The notes below the pieces were generated by a model. That model was not told the origin of the DNA and did no database searches. It worked only from the letters and a program-made list of their open reading frames with translations. The translations under genes and the position numbers were made by a program. A stretch of DNA of 64,000 bases. Source: Promethearchaeota archaeon. GTDB taxonomy: Archaea > Asgardarchaeota > Lokiarchaeia > Sigyniarchaeales > SOKP01. Within the stretch, counting starts at the first letter, position 1, and each line of letters starts with the position of its first letter. The stretch spans positions 192,001 to 256,000 of the forward strand of contig JAHPZA010000006.1 in the NCBI GenBank assembly GCA_019058445.1, given 5' to 3'. Below are positions 61,336 through 64,000 of this stretch, in pieces.

Positions 61336-62352
61336 CTACCAGCGCCACTTAATTGCTTCTGCGTGCCCTAAAACATTCTCAACTTGAACTTTAGTGCCAT
61401 CATCTAATATTACGTTTCCAGAATAATATCCATAGGCAATAACTGACTTAGAGTTGAAGATCACAAAATTCATCCCCGATTGATGATGAAAAATTGGTTT
61501 TAAGGTCATCTCAAATCGTCCATCTTCACTGGTAAACTGCCAGGGGTCCATAGGATCTTCGGGAACGTGAAATTTGATTGGTCCCAGTTTGTGGCCTCTT
61601 CCATCATAACCAACCATATTTTTATCGTGAAGGGCTGGATCTTCGTAAGAGTGTCCATGGCTAAACCATATCTCGTGTCCATCTACTGTCTTACCTGATG
61701 CTCCACCCCAGTACCAATTGATTTTATACGGCCAGACTCCTCGACCCCAATCAAGACGACAATAGCAATTTTCGGGAGAAAACTTATAAGCTTTATCACC
61801 GAAAAATACGGTTCCTTCGACTGGCATCCACATTATTTTATCTGAATAGTAAAAAAGTTTTTTCTTTTTGTAGCGATTTACTTTTACAATTGAGTCTTTA
61901 GAAGGATCTTGATATAATACTAAACTTCCTTTCAGCCCTTTTTCTGAGAAAGTAGGAAAATCGAAAGAAATTTCCCTTTGATCTGCTAATTTTTTAATAG
62001 TCAGGTCAAACATCTCATTATGAAATTCAATATCTCCTTGTTGTGAACTTGTTGGAAGGTTCCAAGTCCCTTTCGTGAAGAATTTTTGTAGCCCTCCCAC
62101 ATAGACCTTTTGTTCTTTATAATCCATTACTTCGAAGGTAACAAGACCCATATACCCTACATCAGCAATTGTCACACTAAAATTATAATCTGGATGGTTA
62201 ACTACATAATTATCCCACTCTTTAAGACGATGCCATTTAGCACGGACTTTTTCTCGATTATAGCGCACAATTGGCTTTCTTGCCCATCCATCTTGAATGA
62301 GCACACCATTGTCATCAAACAAATCGGATGGTTCAGTAATTTCTTTACTCAT
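61336..62352 (-). CDS. DUF2804-family protein
   Basis: GWARKP..RLKEWD, TIADVGY, LDWGRGVWPY, YGYYSG. Confidence 0.75.
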   Translation of the reverse strand: MSKEITEPSDLFDDNGVLIQDGWARKPIVRYNREKVRAKWHRLKEWDNYVVNHPDYNFSVTIADVGYMGLVTFEVMDYKEQKVYVGGLQKFFTKGTWNLPTSSQQGDIEFHNEMFDLTIKKLADQREISFDFPTFSEKGLKGSLVLYQDPSKDSIVKVNRYKKKKLFYYSDKIMWMPVEGTVFFGDKAYKFSPENCYCRLDWGRGVWPYKINWYWGGASGKTVDGHEIWFSHGHSYEDPALHDKNMVGYDGRGHKLGPIKFHVPEDPMDPWQFTSEDGRFEMTLKPIFHHQSGMNFVIFNSKSVIAYGYYSGNVILDDGTKVQVENVLGHAEAIKWRW

Positions 62353-62721
62353 GTGAAATTCTCCTTATTTGAAATATATGTAATTTATATTATAATACAT
62401 CTTAAAGATTATTAAAACTAATTTTACGAATATTAAATTGCGTTATGTGTAGATCAAATGTTTCATGACACAATAAAAGGGTAATTTAGAAACATAGTTA
62501 TCTACCCATTAATGAGTTGTTGAAATGAATTATTTTCCATCTTTACAATTAGATTTATCTGGCACCTTTGAGGCTTTCTTCTTGAAATATTTAAATTAAA
62601 TTCTGATTTAGGTTTTTTAATGATAGAATTCATTTTTTATCATTAATCTGATTTTTTAATAGTAGTTTACGTTTTCTTGTAATTATTAAAAAGGGCAAAA
62701 ACTTATATTAATTAAGACTTG

Positions 62722-62745
62722 TTTCTACTCATGATTGAGTAGAAA
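62722..62745. promoter_or_regulatory. Inverted repeat TTTCTACTCA-TGAT-TGAGTAGAAA, putative rib operon operator
   Basis: Perfect 10-bp arms just downstream of a TATA-like CTTATATT. Confidence 0.65.
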
Positions 62746-62780
62746 GCAAAAAAAATAATTGTAATTAATTGAGAATTTAC

Positions 62781-63506
62781 ATGAATGAAAATGTAGAACA
62801 GGCAATTAGAGAATTAGCCCAAGGAAATTTCATACTAGTATATGATGTTGATGGGAGGGAAGAAGAAGTAGATCTGGTGTGCTTAGCAGAGAAAGTTACA
62901 CCAAATCATGTGTATCATTTACGTAATGATGCTGGGGGTTTGATTTGTATAGCTATGCATGCTAAAATAGCCGAGAAATTAGGGTTGCCTTTCATGTTAG
63001 AGATTTATTCAAATGTGTTAAGTCAATATTCAATTTTTAGCAAAATTTCACCCAATGTTGCATGTCCTTATGGTGATAAACCATCATTTTCAGTTACCAT
63101 TAATCATATTGATACATATACAGGTATCACTGATAATGATCGTAGTTTAACTATTAGGGAATTTGGGCTACTTGGATCTCAAATTTATCAAAATGGAGCA
63201 AAAAGTAAATATTATAGAGATAAATTTGGAGAAAAATTTAGAGCTCCAGGGCACACACATCTATTGATTGCAAACCGACAATTGTTAAAAAAAAGATTAG
63301 GGCATACAGAATTAACTGTTACCTTAGCATTATTAGGGGGTCTTTCTCCAATTTCAGTATTATGTGAAATGTTAGATGGAACAACTGGCAAGGCACTTTC
63401 AATTAAAAAAGCAAGAGAGTATGCCAATAGAAACAAATTAATTATGGTTAAAGGTAAAGAGATTGTTGAAGCTTTTGATGAATATCTTAATAAGGTGAAA
63501 ATTTGA
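62781..63506 (+). CDS. ribB: 3,4-dihydroxy-2-butanone 4-phosphate synthase (archaeal type)
   Basis: DVDGREEEVD, DAGGLIC, TGITDNDR, FRAPGH, RLGHTE, LCEML. Confidence 0.93.
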   Translation: MNENVEQAIRELAQGNFILVYDVDGREEEVDLVCLAEKVTPNHVYHLRNDAGGLICIAMHAKIAEKLGLPFMLEIYSNVLSQYSIFSKISPNVACPYGDKPSFSVTINHIDTYTGITDNDRSLTIREFGLLGSQIYQNGAKSKYYRDKFGEKFRAPGHTHLLIANRQLLKKRLGHTELTVTLALLGGLSPISVLCEMLDGTTGKALSIKKAREYANRNKLIMVKGKEIVEAFDEYLNKVKI

Positions 63507-63976
63507 GCAAAATAACTGTTGGTATTGTGGATACAACTTTTGCGCGAGTAGATATGGGACGCATGGCAATAAATGAAATTGAGAATACAACTAGTAATGT
63601 AAATCTTATTAGATATACAGTTCCGGGCATGAAAGATTTGCCTGTTGCGTGTAAAATTCTTTTTGATCAACATGAATGTGAAATGTGTTTAGCTCTTGGA
63701 ATGCCTGGTCCAGATGATAAAGATAAAGTATGTGCTCACGAGGCAAGCCAAGGTATTATAATGTGCCAATTAATGACAGGAAAACATATCATTGAATGTT
63801 TTGTACATGAAGATGAAGCAAAAACTCCAGATGAATTAATTAAGGTATGTGATAATAGGGCACGAGAACATGCTCAAAATGTTTTGAAACTATTATTTGA
63901 AAAAGATTGGCTAAACAAAAATGCTGGAATGGGATTAAGACAAGGGTATCCCGATGTTGGGCCAATTAAATCCTAA
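63503..63976 (+). CDS. ribC: Archaeal riboflavin synthase
   Basis: GIVDTTFARVDMG, TVPGMKDLPVAC, FVHEDEA, AGMGLRQG. Confidence 0.95.
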   Translation: MSKITVGIVDTTFARVDMGRMAINEIENTTSNVNLIRYTVPGMKDLPVACKILFDQHECEMCLALGMPGPDDKDKVCAHEASQGIIMCQLMTGKHIIECFVHEDEAKTPDELIKVCDNRAREHAQNVLKLLFEKDWLNKNAGMGLRQGYPDVGPIKS

Positions 63977-63990
63977 TAAGGTGTAGAAAA

Positions 63991-64000
63991 ATGAGTGAAA
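63991..64000 (+). CDS. Start of the next operon gene (possibly lumazine synthase), truncated by the window
   Basis: AAGGTG SD and ATG after ribC; identity inferred from synteny only. Confidence 0.3.

Noticed and set aside
62353-62768. FMN riboswitch upstream of ribB
   Set aside because: No conserved RFN sequence blocks; the region is too AT-rich
1-64000. tRNA, rRNA, CRISPR arrays, IS elements, prophage
   Set aside because: No GC-rich structured RNA, repeat-spacer array, transposase, integrase or viral gene seen by eye; tRNAscan/Infernal could not be run

Overview
This is a low-GC, gene-dense archaeal chromosomal segment, most likely from a Lokiarchaeia/Promethearchaeia Asgard archaeon. That assignment is inferred from Alba, CdhA/B/C, Tes, archaeal RibC, LRR/HEAT proteins, expanded acyl-CoA ligases and multi-TM MCP-like receptors. 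Contents: (1) A signalling block at 1.4-11.6 kb with HAMP-less MCP-like receptors, a related membrane protein ending in a bare His-box, a PAS/GAF histidine kinase and an unusual response regulator. Two more receptor paralogues lie at 25 and 46 kb, and no che genes are in the window. (2) A metallocluster-maturation cluster at 11.7-22.3 kb (3x NifX/MTH1175, 2x COG1149, DUF134, OsmC, Mrp, IscU, radical SAM, DtxR, DUF5320) abutting cdhA. (3) cooT-cdhB-cdhC about 16 kb further on. (4) Lipid/fatty-acid genes, an orphan MTase-TRD fusion, pncB, tes and ribB-ribC. The strongest unannotated signal is the 14-bp palindrome TGAATAATTATTCA. It occurs 3 times exactly and 5 times degenerately, and I found it only in promoters of the maturation cluster, cdhA and cooT/cdhBC. 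It defines a putative regulon coupling CODH/ACS expression to an Orp-like cofactor-assembly system. I saw no rRNA, tRNA, CRISPR array or transposase. All calls come from motif recognition by eye, without database searches.
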